From a virus (lineage: Duplodnaviria; Caudoviricetes): a DNA stretch of 64,000 nucleotides. A model generated the notes under the pieces. The model did not search any database. It was not told the DNA's origin and saw nothing but the letters and a program-made list of their open reading frames with translations. This document shows positions 17,099-26,717 of this stretch, piece by piece. Position 1 is the first letter of the stretch, and each line of letters opens with the position of its first letter. Made by a program: the position numbers and the translations under genes. The stretch lies in IMG/VR virus record IMGVR_UViG_3300031669_005479, positions 1 through 64,000 of that record, one strand, 5' to 3'.

Positions 17099-17641
17099 TT
17101 AATTACTTGTTTCAGTATTCTTTATTACTACTTCATCAATCGCCTTCACATTTTTTGATTTTAATGTCCGAGGCTTCCTTACTTTTTTATTTTCATCAGA
17201 ATTGGAATGTTTAACAAAATTATTATTGAGAGTTTTAAACGAATCTACCTTTAATATATCAAGTTCATCATAAAATTTCTTGGCCTCATTTTCCAACATA
17301 TTTTTCATTTCTTGCATCTTATCTGTAAATTCCTTTTCCTTATCAGCAATTTTTTTATTTGTATCAATTATGACACCAACAAATGCAACTAAATCATCAA
17401 TTAAAATACCAGATTTTTTGGGTGATATTTTTACTAATTTACCTGCAGTGCTTTCACTAATTATGTTGCACATAATTTCATCATTTTCCCCGAATTCCCA
17501 ATTAGGTGGCAATCCAACTTCAATTTCATACCATCCATCAGTAGGATTACGGTTAATGGACATAAGAAAACCCATAACGGGTTGTAGTGCTAATTCAATT
17601 GTATTCATCAGTTTAATATATATATGTAAAAAATATGGCAA
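17099..17641 (-). CDS. Hypothetical coiled-coil protein
   Basis: ORF in the minus-strand run. Confidence 0.65.
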   Translation of the reverse strand: MPYFLHIYIKLMNTIELALQPVMGFLMSINRNPTDGWYEIEVGLPPNWEFGENDEIMCNIISESTAGKLVKISPKKSGILIDDLVAFVGVIIDTNKKIADKEKEFTDKMQEMKNMLENEAKKFYDELDILKVDSFKTLNNNFVKHSNSDENKKVRKPRTLKSKNVKAIDEVVIKNTETSN

Positions 17642-17807
17642 CAGATATCCATAACAATACTTTTTCAGTATTTGTTAGTATAAATTTAGTATCCTTATTT
17701 AATTTAAATCTTCCATACATTTTTACCATCAAGTCACTAACGATATGAATAATAAAAATAATGGAAGATATAAATAAAAACTGATATATTTCAGTTAATA
17801 CATTCAT
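17613..17807 (-). CDS. Small membrane protein
   Basis: Two hydrophobic segments. Confidence 0.55.
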   Translation of the reverse strand: MNVLTEIYQFLFISSIIFIIHIVSDLMVKMYGRFKLNKDTKFILTNTEKVLLWISVAIFFTYIY

Positions 17808-18079
17808 TATTCACCGTGTGTTTGACCTTGATGAACCTGACCCATAGGTGCTGGAGCAGATGCTGGTTGTTGTGCTACAGATTGCTGTGGTTGAAAATAC
17901 TGATTAACTAACTCAATTTCCACGTTCAATAATGCAATTTGACGAAGTTGATACTGCATATTTTCAATTTTTGACCTGTAATTCATGTTTGGTTCACCAG
18001 CAAGACGAATTAATTCAAGTTCCTCAAACATTTTGTCATCAGTTAATTTTTTAAGTAGGTCTAATTTTAAATCGGCCAT
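17807..18079 (-). CDS. Hypothetical protein with Q/P-rich tail
   Basis: Coupled ORF. Confidence 0.6.
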   Translation of the reverse strand: MADLKLDLLKKLTDDKMFEELELIRLAGEPNMNYRSKIENMQYQLRQIALLNVEIELVNQYFQPQQSVAQQPASAPAPMGQVHQGQTHGE

Positions 18080-18151
18080 AATTTTTTTTTAAAATAAAGT
18101 AATTTTTGTGATTGTAAAAATAGTGATAAAAAATACTAAATGCAAGTAGTT

Positions 18152-18577
18152 TTAGGCTATTTCTAAAATATTTTTTTCTTGATTTATTGATTTATCATAA
18201 ATATTATAGATTTCAACTAAAATATTTATGATGTTTTTATTTTTTTGTTTATCAATTTCGAAAATATTGTTCCAAAACTTTTCAAAATATTCGATTGAAA
18301 CATCCTGATTTCCATCAGCCAAATAGAATTGATGATGGTAATACGCATAAAAATATTCCCTAAGTTCCTCATTATTACTGAAGTCAATTCCTTCTTGTTT
18401 AAATTCTGCACAAACTTTATTAAAACACCAGACGTAATGATTATGAATGTCTTCATCAGCATTTAAACTTTCTCTATCAATATAGTAGTTATAAATATAA
18501 TACAATAAGTTCATTGCAAAATCTTTATAGATTTCAACCCTATCTTTGACAATTATATATTTTTGCGTATTGCCCAT
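18152..18577 (-). CDS. Hypothetical protein
   Basis: Coupled to the lysozyme stop. Confidence 0.65.
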   Translation of the reverse strand: MGNTQKYIIVKDRVEIYKDFAMNLLYYIYNYYIDRESLNADEDIHNHYVWCFNKVCAEFKQEGIDFSNNEELREYFYAYYHHQFYLADGNQDVSIEYFEKFWNNIFEIDKQKNKNIINILVEIYNIYDKSINQEKNILEIA

Positions 18578-19257
18578 TAAAACAAATCATAATATGCTTT
18601 TTTCATTATGTTTAAATCAATATCACCATGATATCCATCAATACTACCCTTTTCAGTAAATTGCCAGATTTTCCAGTCATTCCAACCATTTGGAACTGCA
18701 GGTAGGCTAACTTCAGGATTATTCAGATACGCTGCTACCCAAAGTGGATATGTGCCAAATGCAGGTGTGGTATTTGCATCGATAAAACTTTTATACGAAT
18801 AAACTATAATATTATTCGGTTTTACTCCATTAATAAATGCAGTAACAAATCTATTCATGTGTTCAATTTTATCGCTATTATTCCAAATAAGTTGTGATGA
18901 ATAAGATTCAATATCCAACACAAGCGGTAGATTCGCTTTTGGCAGAAAACCTAAGTGGCTTAATACATTATCTACCTCTTCCTTAGCATCTGCTTCTGGG
19001 TTGGAAACATTTCCAGGTCTAGCAAAGTGATAATACCCAACCTTTACTCCATTTTTTTGAGCAGATTGTACTCTTGCCTTTAAATTATATATACTATCTT
19101 CATGTCCAGTAGTACCTTCAGTAATTTTTATAAATGCAAATTGAATTCCAGCCGCTTTTGCTTTACTCCAATTAATATCAACTTGATATTTACTGCAATC
19201 AAGACCTAAAACACAATCTAGGTCATCTAATCTTTGTTTTGATAGTGTAGTTACCAT
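18577..19257 (-). CDS. GH25 lysozyme (endolysin candidate)
   Basis: GLDCSKYQ, AFIKITEG, LDIES, WQFT, DIDLN. Confidence 0.9.
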   Translation of the reverse strand: MVTTLSKQRLDDLDCVLGLDCSKYQVDINWSKAKAAGIQFAFIKITEGTTGHEDSIYNLKARVQSAQKNGVKVGYYHFARPGNVSNPEADAKEEVDNVLSHLGFLPKANLPLVLDIESYSSQLIWNNSDKIEHMNRFVTAFINGVKPNNIIVYSYKSFIDANTTPAFGTYPLWVAAYLNNPEVSLPAVPNGWNDWKIWQFTEKGSIDGYHGDIDLNIMKKAYYDLF

Positions 19258-19310
19258 ATCTATATCAATATTTTCACATAAATACTCCTACATTTTCTTT
19301 TATAAAAAAA

Positions 19311-19337
19311 TGGGATGCACAATTAGAATGCATCCCA
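19311..19337 (-). terminator. Hairpin terminator
   Basis: tgggatgca/tgcatccca followed by a minus-strand T-run. Confidence 0.6.
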
Positions 19338-19360
19338 CAAATATAGTATTTAGTCTGTAA

Positions 19361-19732
19361 TTAATAGTATAGTTTTTCAATTAATTTATTGTATTCAATT
19401 TTTGTAATCCCCAATTCTTTTCGAACATTTGTTATTCTAAAATCATTGAGAAACACCGCACTAAATAGGTATGCCGTCAATAATATTAAAAGTATTGAAT
19501 ATAATATAGTAATAATCTCAACAATTTTTCGATTTACTTCAAACACTGTTCCAAAAAATCCGAAAATAAATAAGCCAATAAGAAATATTGATATGTTATT
19601 CCTTACCATCATTTTGGACATTTCCGTTTCTTGCGAAAAATACTTGAACGCAAACTTTATCCAGCCAGAGGCTGGATATTTATTATATGCTGCTTCAAAT
19701 TGCTCAATAGTAATTGCTGTCCAATCTGTCAT
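19361..19732 (-). CDS. Two-TM membrane protein (holin candidate)
   Basis: Two hydrophobic helices; next to the GH25 gene. Confidence 0.35.
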   Translation of the reverse strand: MTDWTAITIEQFEAAYNKYPASGWIKFAFKYFSQETEMSKMMVRNNISIFLIGLFIFGFFGTVFEVNRKIVEIITILYSILLILLTAYLFSAVFLNDFRITNVRKELGITKIEYNKLIEKLYY

Positions 19733-19734
19733 AA

Positions 19735-22686
19735 TTAAAATCCTCTATTATTTTTAATATTTTTTGTGTTTGTAAAATCACTTGGTTGATAATTTAACAA
19801 ATGTTTCATTTTATTCTGTTGTTCAATTAATATTTTATTATTTACAGAATTCTTGCTTTCATTTTCCAATCTATGATCCTCAGTCAATAATTTTTGCTTG
19901 TTTTTAACCACATAAACATTTTTTCCGTCACAATAAAACTGATTTTCGGTAATTAATTTAACAGTATTTTCATTTACATATACTTTATTATCGACAGATT
20001 TACTATAGTAAGTATTACCTAATGCAGTGAAATCTAATCGGAAGAAATTTTCGGTCAATTTATTACTTTCTATTATTTTAACTTCATTTACATCAAAGTC
20101 AACAAAATGTTTTTTATTTAGTAAATCAAAATATTTACCAGTAATCATTGATTCCTTAAGACCTTCTGGATTATTCCAACCCTCTTTATTTTTATCAAAC
20201 TGTAATTTATCTTCACCATTTTCAATTGGTTGGGTATCCTTATTATACATTGGTTGTTTAGCCAAATCCGCTTTTTGGTCTTCACCCATCTTATAAAACT
20301 TGTCACCCATTTCTTTCTTGGTGCGTTCAGTAAAACGTTTACTTGGCTGATTATCATAATTCCAACTATGCATTCCTTTACGATATAAGTCAACTTGTTT
20401 CTGTTCTTCAGAAGTCATATTACGTTTTGGCACTTCATCACCCTTATTGTTTGTGCTATCACCAACATTTTTAAATGCAGTGCCACCAGTAACTTTAATC
20501 TCATTCTTTTCGACATCTTGACCTAATTTTTGTGGGTCATTTGGAACATCTGTTTGCTGATCTTTCCATTCCAATTCATCCTCAATGTCAATAATTTCTT
20601 TTGTACCGCTATGCTCTAAATCCTTTTTGAAATTGGTTGGATTCTGTGCAATAATACGGTCTCTAGCAATTTCAGTTGGAATTTTTCTATCTTCACTCAT
20701 TTTCATTAATTTTTGATGGTGAATTGAATATGCATTCAACTCATTATTTAATTCTTCAAATAATTTACTTGCAGATTCAAAATCTGTCGATTCTCTCATT
20801 CCACCAGTTTCCTGAGTACCTGTTGGCACTCCAGTTCCTTGTTCACCTGCAGGTGTAACATAATTTGCAATTGAACCACTACTTGATTTTGCAATCATCG
20901 TTTGATCTGTTTCGTTGGTTCTAACCTTTTCTGGTAAATTTTTAGTTTTTGTTTTTGCAAAATCCTTAACATCTTTATGGCTAACATTATTTGCTATTTT
21001 TTTAACCGCACTTCCAACTTTATTCGGACTTAGTTCACCCTTTTGTATGGCATCTGCCATACCAAATAGTCTCTGCTGTGATGCTGACTTGGCTTTCTCA
21101 TTGACTTTGCCAATTAAGCCTTTTTTTGTAGTATTTTCTTCCATTGTATTTAAGTTTGGTTTATCTGGTGCTCCAGTTTTAATCGTATCCATTTCTACCT
21201 CAGTGTCAGACTCATCCCAATTTTTTACCATATCGCTTGAAAATGCATTGGTTTTATCATCAATATAATTATCAACACGTTCCTTATCTTTGATATAAAT
21301 GGTTTTATTTGTATTTTCATTCTTTCCAGAAATACCATCATTTTGTAAATTAGGATTTTTGGGATGTGGAAACATAGTATTATTATGCATCATGTCATTA
21401 TGCAATATTTTGACATCATCGTTTCTCATTTTATCGACATCTTGACCTACATATAGTGAAGTATTATCATCAATACCCCTTTTTAGGTCATTACGTGAGT
21501 TTTGCTGTGGCACTTCACTAACACCTAAGCCATTATTACTATTTGTATGTGATTTTTTATAATCAACACCTAATTTGGTTTGATATGATAGGTCTTCTTC
21601 ATTTAATGCCTGTATATATTTTGCAAAATCGCTTGGATCAATAAGATAATTTTTGTTTTCTTGAACGATTTTACCACCAGGAAATATCGGTTTTCTTATT
21701 GGTTTGCCTTTACTACCAAGTAAATCACCCTTTTCGCTCCACGCTGCGGGTCCAACATATACACCAGAACCACTAGAATTACTTCCACCATCAGCAGCAC
21801 CTGCACTACCAGTCATTTCATTAACCTTTTTCTCATAACCCAATGCTGGTGAAAATGCACCAGAACCACCTGCAGCACCAGTTGTTTCATTCGTTTGTGG
21901 TTCAATAACATCGAGATTATATCCAATATTTTCCAATTCTGACTTTAATGGCGCATATTCTTCAGGTGTTGCAGGACGGCTTTCTGCTGCATATTCTGGA
22001 CTTGCGGACGAATGCTGTCCAATATGTGAATATGCAGTTTTATATCTACCCTCATTATCATAATTTTCATCTGGAAAATATGCAAATAAATCAGGGTCTT
22101 TTGGATTTTTTTCATTAACCAAAAACATTACTTTGGTTAATGGTTCACTACTTTCAGTAACGTCAGATTTGTTTTTTTTTGATGTGTCGGATTTAGTCAT
22201 GCCAATCTCACCAGCCTTTTTCAGTTGATTAATTCCACTCTTATCTCTTCTCTTCTTTTCTTTAGGAATTGACATCTTATATTTTTGTAAATATTTTGTA
22301 CTATTTAATACATAATCATTAAATAACATATTCATAATGGTTTCATTATAGTGATAACCATATTTCTCCTCACCATTAACCGACATTTCATCATAAATCG
22401 AAGATAATCTTGGGTCAGAAAATACTAATGTTTCCATTTTTGACAGGTTAAAGATTTTCTTCTTCAACGATTGTTCAACTTCAGTCAATACACTATCGAC
22501 TTCATTGATCTCTTCGCCTTCCTTTAACTTTACACTAGGAGCAATTTTGCTCATAGACTTCTTAAAAACACTATCAGTTTTACTACCAAGCGGTGTTGGT
22601 GTATTTAATGTTGGTTTAAAACCACTTACTTCGTTTACTTTTTTCATTATTTTATATCTGTTTTCCAAAAATCTCTTTTTTGCCAC
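19735..22686 (-). CDS. Large low-complexity head-associated protein containing a DUF3008-like segment
   Basis: KAKSASQQRLFGMADAIQKGE...KDVKDFAKTKTKNLPEKV; many hydrophobic-x-E motifs. Confidence 0.55.
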   Translation of the reverse strand: MAKKRFLENRYKIMKKVNEVSGFKPTLNTPTPLGSKTDSVFKKSMSKIAPSVKLKEGEEINEVDSVLTEVEQSLKKKIFNLSKMETLVFSDPRLSSIYDEMSVNGEEKYGYHYNETIMNMLFNDYVLNSTKYLQKYKMSIPKEKKRRDKSGINQLKKAGEIGMTKSDTSKKNKSDVTESSEPLTKVMFLVNEKNPKDPDLFAYFPDENYDNEGRYKTAYSHIGQHSSASPEYAAESRPATPEEYAPLKSELENIGYNLDVIEPQTNETTGAAGGSGAFSPALGYEKKVNEMTGSAGAADGGSNSSGSGVYVGPAAWSEKGDLLGSKGKPIRKPIFPGGKIVQENKNYLIDPSDFAKYIQALNEEDLSYQTKLGVDYKKSHTNSNNGLGVSEVPQQNSRNDLKRGIDDNTSLYVGQDVDKMRNDDVKILHNDMMHNNTMFPHPKNPNLQNDGISGKNENTNKTIYIKDKERVDNYIDDKTNAFSSDMVKNWDESDTEVEMDTIKTGAPDKPNLNTMEENTTKKGLIGKVNEKAKSASQQRLFGMADAIQKGELSPNKVGSAVKKIANNVSHKDVKDFAKTKTKNLPEKVRTNETDQTMIAKSSSGSIANYVTPAGEQGTGVPTGTQETGGMRESTDFESASKLFEELNNELNAYSIHHQKLMKMSEDRKIPTEIARDRIIAQNPTNFKKDLEHSGTKEIIDIEDELEWKDQQTDVPNDPQKLGQDVEKNEIKVTGGTAFKNVGDSTNNKGDEVPKRNMTSEEQKQVDLYRKGMHSWNYDNQPSKRFTERTKKEMGDKFYKMGEDQKADLAKQPMYNKDTQPIENGEDKLQFDKNKEGWNNPEGLKESMITGKYFDLLNKKHFVDFDVNEVKIIESNKLTENFFRLDFTALGNTYYSKSVDNKVYVNENTVKLITENQFYCDGKNVYVVKNKQKLLTEDHRLENESKNSVNNKILIEQQNKMKHLLNYQPSDFTNTKNIKNNRGF

Positions 22687-22853
22687 AACACTTTATAAAC
22701 CGATTCCATTGCATTTTTTATTGAATTAATCATTTCATTTCTTGACTGTGTACTAGATTTAGCAAGAACTTTTTTAATTTCTTTATCAAATGAATCGTTA
22801 ACAAATTTATCAATTTCTTTTTTAACAATTTCTTCAACATCCGATTTATTCAT
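22647..22853 (-). CDS. Hypothetical protein
   Basis: GTATTTATA motif upstream. Confidence 0.6.
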   Translation of the reverse strand: MNKSDVEEIVKKEIDKFVNDSFDKEIKKVLAKSSTQSRNEMINSIKNAMESVYKVLWQKRDFWKTDIK

Positions 22854-22912
22854 GTTATATTTATTTGTTGTTTATAAATACTTATAGAACACAAAAAAAT
22901 AGGCATAAACAT

Positions 22913-22947
22913 AAAAGAACGCATGCAAATATAACATGCGTTCTTTT
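22913..22947 (-). terminator. Hairpin terminator
   Basis: 13-bp inverted repeat aaaagaacgcatg/catgcgttctttt. Confidence 0.65.
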
Positions 22948-22986
22948 AAATAATCAACGTGTCCCCATCTCAGTGGGTATATATTA

Positions 22987-23757
22987 CTATAATAATGTAT
23001 GCCCTGCAACTGCGCATGCACCTCCAATTAGGATAATTGTACCATTTTTCTTGACCCACGTCCAAGTTTTTTGCCATCCAGTTTGTTGAATAGCATCATG
23101 GTTAATTGTAGGTATTACATAACTTTCAATATTTGCAGTTTTAAAATATTCGTTTGAATTTGAAACACTAAATGAAACTGGATTACCCTTAGTTTTATCA
23201 AATTGAAAACTAACAAAAGCAGTATTTGGTAAATATAAACTTTTTATAAATAATGATGGCAATACATTTTTAATTGCAGGAACCACATTTCGAACTTCAA
23301 AATTATAGTTGAGATTAGGATTTTTTGTTTCAGAAAATGCGATTGTATTATTTGTAGTATCTATATTAACACTACCCGCATGTACTAGTGAGTCAATTTT
23401 CACGTTGGTATTAATTTGTGCAGCAGCAATTATATCACTTTTTTTATTTATTTCTTTAACTCTATCAATCAATTCTTTTTGTGAACTGGAAAGTTGACCA
23501 TACATTTTTGTTAAATTACTAATTGTTCCCTGTATTGCTAATTTTTCGGATACCCATTCATTCTCATTGTTTTTATACGTATGCACTGAATCAAGCAATG
23601 CATTTTTAAGTTTCACTTCTGTTTCATATTTATTATTCAACGAATTAATGCTTTGACGTTGAAAATAGATTACTGTCACCATAATTAATACTGCAAGCAT
23701 TATTATGGTAACTAATGCATGGTTTTTAGCCATCAACCAAGTTAATATTGCGTTCAT
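22987..23757 (-). CDS. Membrane-anchored coiled-coil protein (spanin-like candidate)
   Basis: N-terminal TM, coiled coil, hydrophobic C-terminus. Confidence 0.4.
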   Translation of the reverse strand: MNAILTWLMAKNHALVTIIMLAVLIMVTVIYFQRQSINSLNNKYETEVKLKNALLDSVHTYKNNENEWVSEKLAIQGTISNLTKMYGQLSSSQKELIDRVKEINKKSDIIAAAQINTNVKIDSLVHAGSVNIDTTNNTIAFSETKNPNLNYNFEVRNVVPAIKNVLPSLFIKSLYLPNTAFVSFQFDKTKGNPVSFSVSNSNEYFKTANIESYVIPTINHDAIQQTGWQKTWTWVKKNGTIILIGGACAVAGHTLL

Positions 23758-23768
23758 AATTTCAAATA

Positions 23769-24266
23769 TTACGTATTTATTTTACTAATTTCATCTTCCC
23801 AATAGTTATAAAATCGATTGTAAAATGATTCTACTTTCTTAATTATTTCATCGTTTTCTGGGTTATCTGGCGAAAATCCATCTAAATAATTAAATTTAAC
23901 TCCCGAAGTGTCCTCATCATTTGTTGCAATATAAACAAATTGAATAACACCATTAATTGTACCACCCCAATAGCCCATATCTTTAGTAAGTTCAATCTTA
24001 TTTCTTAACTTAACACTAACTTTCATCGACTTATCAAAAACATTTAAAAATTCATTTCTCAATGCCTTTTCTTCAACTGGAATTGCCAAATCAATATCTG
24101 AATCATTATTATCGCTTTCATTTAGTTTGCGTGTAATTTTTAACATATCACGCATACTATAGTTCGGCACAATTTCATTAGATTCATCAATATAATTCCC
24201 TTCACGAATGCGATTAATTAGTATTCTCATTTGATTTGGACTATTTTTTGTATTTATATCACCCAT
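23769..24266 (-). CDS. Hypothetical protein
   Basis: GTATTTATA motif upstream; KLNES motif. Confidence 0.6.
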   Translation of the reverse strand: MGDINTKNSPNQMRILINRIREGNYIDESNEIVPNYSMRDMLKITRKLNESDNNDSDIDLAIPVEEKALRNEFLNVFDKSMKVSVKLRNKIELTKDMGYWGGTINGVIQFVYIATNDEDTSGVKFNYLDGFSPDNPENDEIIKKVESFYNRFYNYWEDEISKINT

Positions 24267-24287
24267 ATATTTATTTTTATATAAATA

Positions 24288-24896
24288 CTATTTGTTGCAC
24301 AACATTTCATTAAATTTTGCAATATCTAATAATGGATTTGCATCGCTACTATCCTCGACATAGTTGCTCCGAAAAACAATCCCATTAAATTTAACAATGT
24401 CCTTATGATGGTGGTTAAAATCAATACATAGTTTAGGTATATTATGTTTTTCACATAGACTTATACATAATTCAGCTAAGGCTTCTATTTGAATCGAAGG
24501 TATTTTTTCCCAATAATTACAATAAAACCATTTTTTTTCAATAACATTTTCCTCATCACACGTTTCATTAATCCAGTTAATAAATTTGCCACTATCTGTT
24601 TCAAATAAACAACCCATATTTTCAATTACAATTGAAATTGATTTCTTATCTGCTTCTTTTATACCAAGAAAATCTGTATGGTAATTTGAATCATAATGTT
24701 CATATATTTTACCCTCTCTAGTTATTGTATAGGTATTCCATTTTTTGGTTTTACCAAATTCTTTATGTAGTAATCTAATGATATGATGGTTATCCTTCCT
24801 TAAACTAGTTCCAATCACAATTTGAGTTTTTACCGATGATGGTTTATACCTATTATCATCACCTATTCTATATTTTTCGCTGTCTATTTGCATCAT
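24288..24896 (-). CDS. Amidase_2-like (N-acetylmuramoyl-L-alanine amidase fold), Zn ligands degenerate
   Basis: YTITREGKIYE, SISIVIEN, QIEALAELC, DANP; first His position reads G. Confidence 0.6.
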   Translation of the reverse strand: MMQIDSEKYRIGDDNRYKPSSVKTQIVIGTSLRKDNHHIIRLLHKEFGKTKKWNTYTITREGKIYEHYDSNYHTDFLGIKEADKKSISIVIENMGCLFETDSGKFINWINETCDEENVIEKKWFYCNYWEKIPSIQIEALAELCISLCEKHNIPKLCIDFNHHHKDIVKFNGIVFRSNYVEDSSDANPLLDIAKFNEMLCNK

Positions 24897-25359
24897 AGTT
24901 CATATATATAATTTCAACACCACCTTCATTCAATTTTTCAATTGATAATCTAAATCCTGTGCCAAATGTTGGATTATTAAAATCTGGTTCTTTATCACAA
25001 AAAATTCTTTTAATTCCAGCATTTACTATCATTCCCGCACATTTTGAGCATGGAAACCAATTCAGATACATATCAGCACCCTTAGTTGATAAACCATTTC
25101 TAGCAGCATTAATAATTGCATTTTCTTCCGCATGCAATACCCAATCATATTTGGTTGGCCTTTCATGCCTTGTTTCGATATCATCATCACAACCACGGGG
25201 AAAACCATTATATCCCATAGATATTGGATTTTTATCCACAACAATAACAGCACCAACCCTAGTACTTCGATCTTTACTCCACTGTGCAACATAGTCTGCA
25301 AGTTGCATGAATCTTAAATCCCAATTAGTTTTATTCATTTTTGCTAATTTAATTTCCAT
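24868..25359 (-). CDS. dCMP deaminase
   Basis: SKDRSTRVGAVI, GYNGFPRG, HAEENAI, PCSKC. Confidence 0.93.
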   Translation of the reverse strand: MEIKLAKMNKTNWDLRFMQLADYVAQWSKDRSTRVGAVIVVDKNPISMGYNGFPRGCDDDIETRHERPTKYDWVLHAEENAIINAARNGLSTKGADMYLNWFPCSKCAGMIVNAGIKRIFCDKEPDFNNPTFGTGFRLSIEKLNEGGVEIIYMNYDANRQRKI

Positions 25360-25526
25360 AAACGATTTTTAGTTAATTTAATTGCCCTTTTAATTAAAGT
25401 TTCTAATTTATCCATATCATCTTCATCTACAAGGAAATTATCGACATCAATTTTAGCCAATTCATCTACAATCCTAAGCGATTCCTTAAGAAGTTCTGCT
25501 GTTTTTTTTGAATCAATACTTTCCAT
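25344..25526 (-). CDS. Hypothetical protein
   Basis: Coupled ORF. Confidence 0.55.
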   Translation of the reverse strand: MESIDSKKTAELLKESLRIVDELAKIDVDNFLVDEDDMDKLETLIKRAIKLTKNRLWKLN

Positions 25527-25527
25527 A

Positions 25528-26679
25528 TTATTTCATGTTTTCAATTATCCTTAATGCATCATCAAAACTATCGACAACATTCATTGCTTCATGATATGCA
25601 ACACTAATAAATCTTCTTTTTCCCACAGTATTAAATACGCCAAGCCTATCCATATCATGCAAAAATTCATCAATCATTTTATTTGAGTTCTGTATGTTTG
25701 TTTTTTCTGCAACCAATTGTTTTAATTCTAATCCACTAATTACTTTATCACCAATATTTAACTTGCCACCACCATAAATAAATGTCAATAATGAACGATA
25801 TCTATCTTTTTTTGCATAAATTTTTTCAAACTTCTGTTGATTTAACACATAGAGTTTATATTCAAAGTATTCTCTAAAATACACACCACAAAAAATAAGA
25901 ATTTCACTGAAGCAAGCAATAATAAGAAATAAAACGATATTTTGTGTATCATCAATTTTATTTTCAGATTTAGTTTGAACCATTTTTTGATTTAAATCAA
26001 GTATGTGTATATTTAACTGCGCATCAATCTTATCAATCTCAGATTGATTTTCGTTTATAATTTTAACGTTTTTGTCTATGCTTGATTGATATCCATTACG
26101 AATGGATACGTAATTTGTTGGTGTTTGTATAAGAGTATTGCGTATATCATTATTAATTTTTCTCAATTCATCATTATCTACAACATACGTATTTTTTCTT
26201 TTTTCATACATGGTTGAAATGCTATCAGCAACAGCATCTGATTTATTTTCAACAATTTTGTTTGTATATGAACTAGTTGATGCAAGATTTTTTGACCCAA
26301 AAATTGAAAGATAAAAACTTAATGCAATAATTGATATTGAGATTATTAACCATCCCCCACCTGCCATGTCGATTTTTCTACTATTTGCAACAAAATCTGC
26401 AGAAAAATTTCTAATTAAATATCTTTTAATTATTTCAAAAACAATCAAAAATGTGTTCGTGGCAATAAACGCTAACACAATTGCCAATATGCCATTAACA
26501 ATATTAATTGAAATTGCTTTGTGAAGTCCTGGGTATACAAGAAAATATGAGAAAAATATTGAACCGACATTACCAATAAATGAAAATCTATATAACCATT
26601 TATCCAGTCCCTTATAATTTCCTTCAAAATCCTTATTACTAATCTTTTTCCTTAGTTTATCATATGTAATAGAATCCAT
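25528..26679 (-). CDS. Multi-TM coiled-coil membrane protein
   Basis: Three N-terminal TMs, a coiled coil and one further TM. Confidence 0.6.
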   Translation of the reverse strand: MDSITYDKLRKKISNKDFEGNYKGLDKWLYRFSFIGNVGSIFFSYFLVYPGLHKAISINIVNGILAIVLAFIATNTFLIVFEIIKRYLIRNFSADFVANSRKIDMAGGGWLIISISIIALSFYLSIFGSKNLASTSSYTNKIVENKSDAVADSISTMYEKRKNTYVVDNDELRKINNDIRNTLIQTPTNYVSIRNGYQSSIDKNVKIINENQSEIDKIDAQLNIHILDLNQKMVQTKSENKIDDTQNIVLFLIIACFSEILIFCGVYFREYFEYKLYVLNQQKFEKIYAKKDRYRSLLTFIYGGGKLNIGDKVISGLELKQLVAEKTNIQNSNKMIDEFLHDMDRLGVFNTVGKRRFISVAYHEAMNVVDSFDDALRIIENMK

Positions 26680-26717
26680 ATATATATTGTTTATTCATAA
26701 ATAGTTTTAGTTATTTT

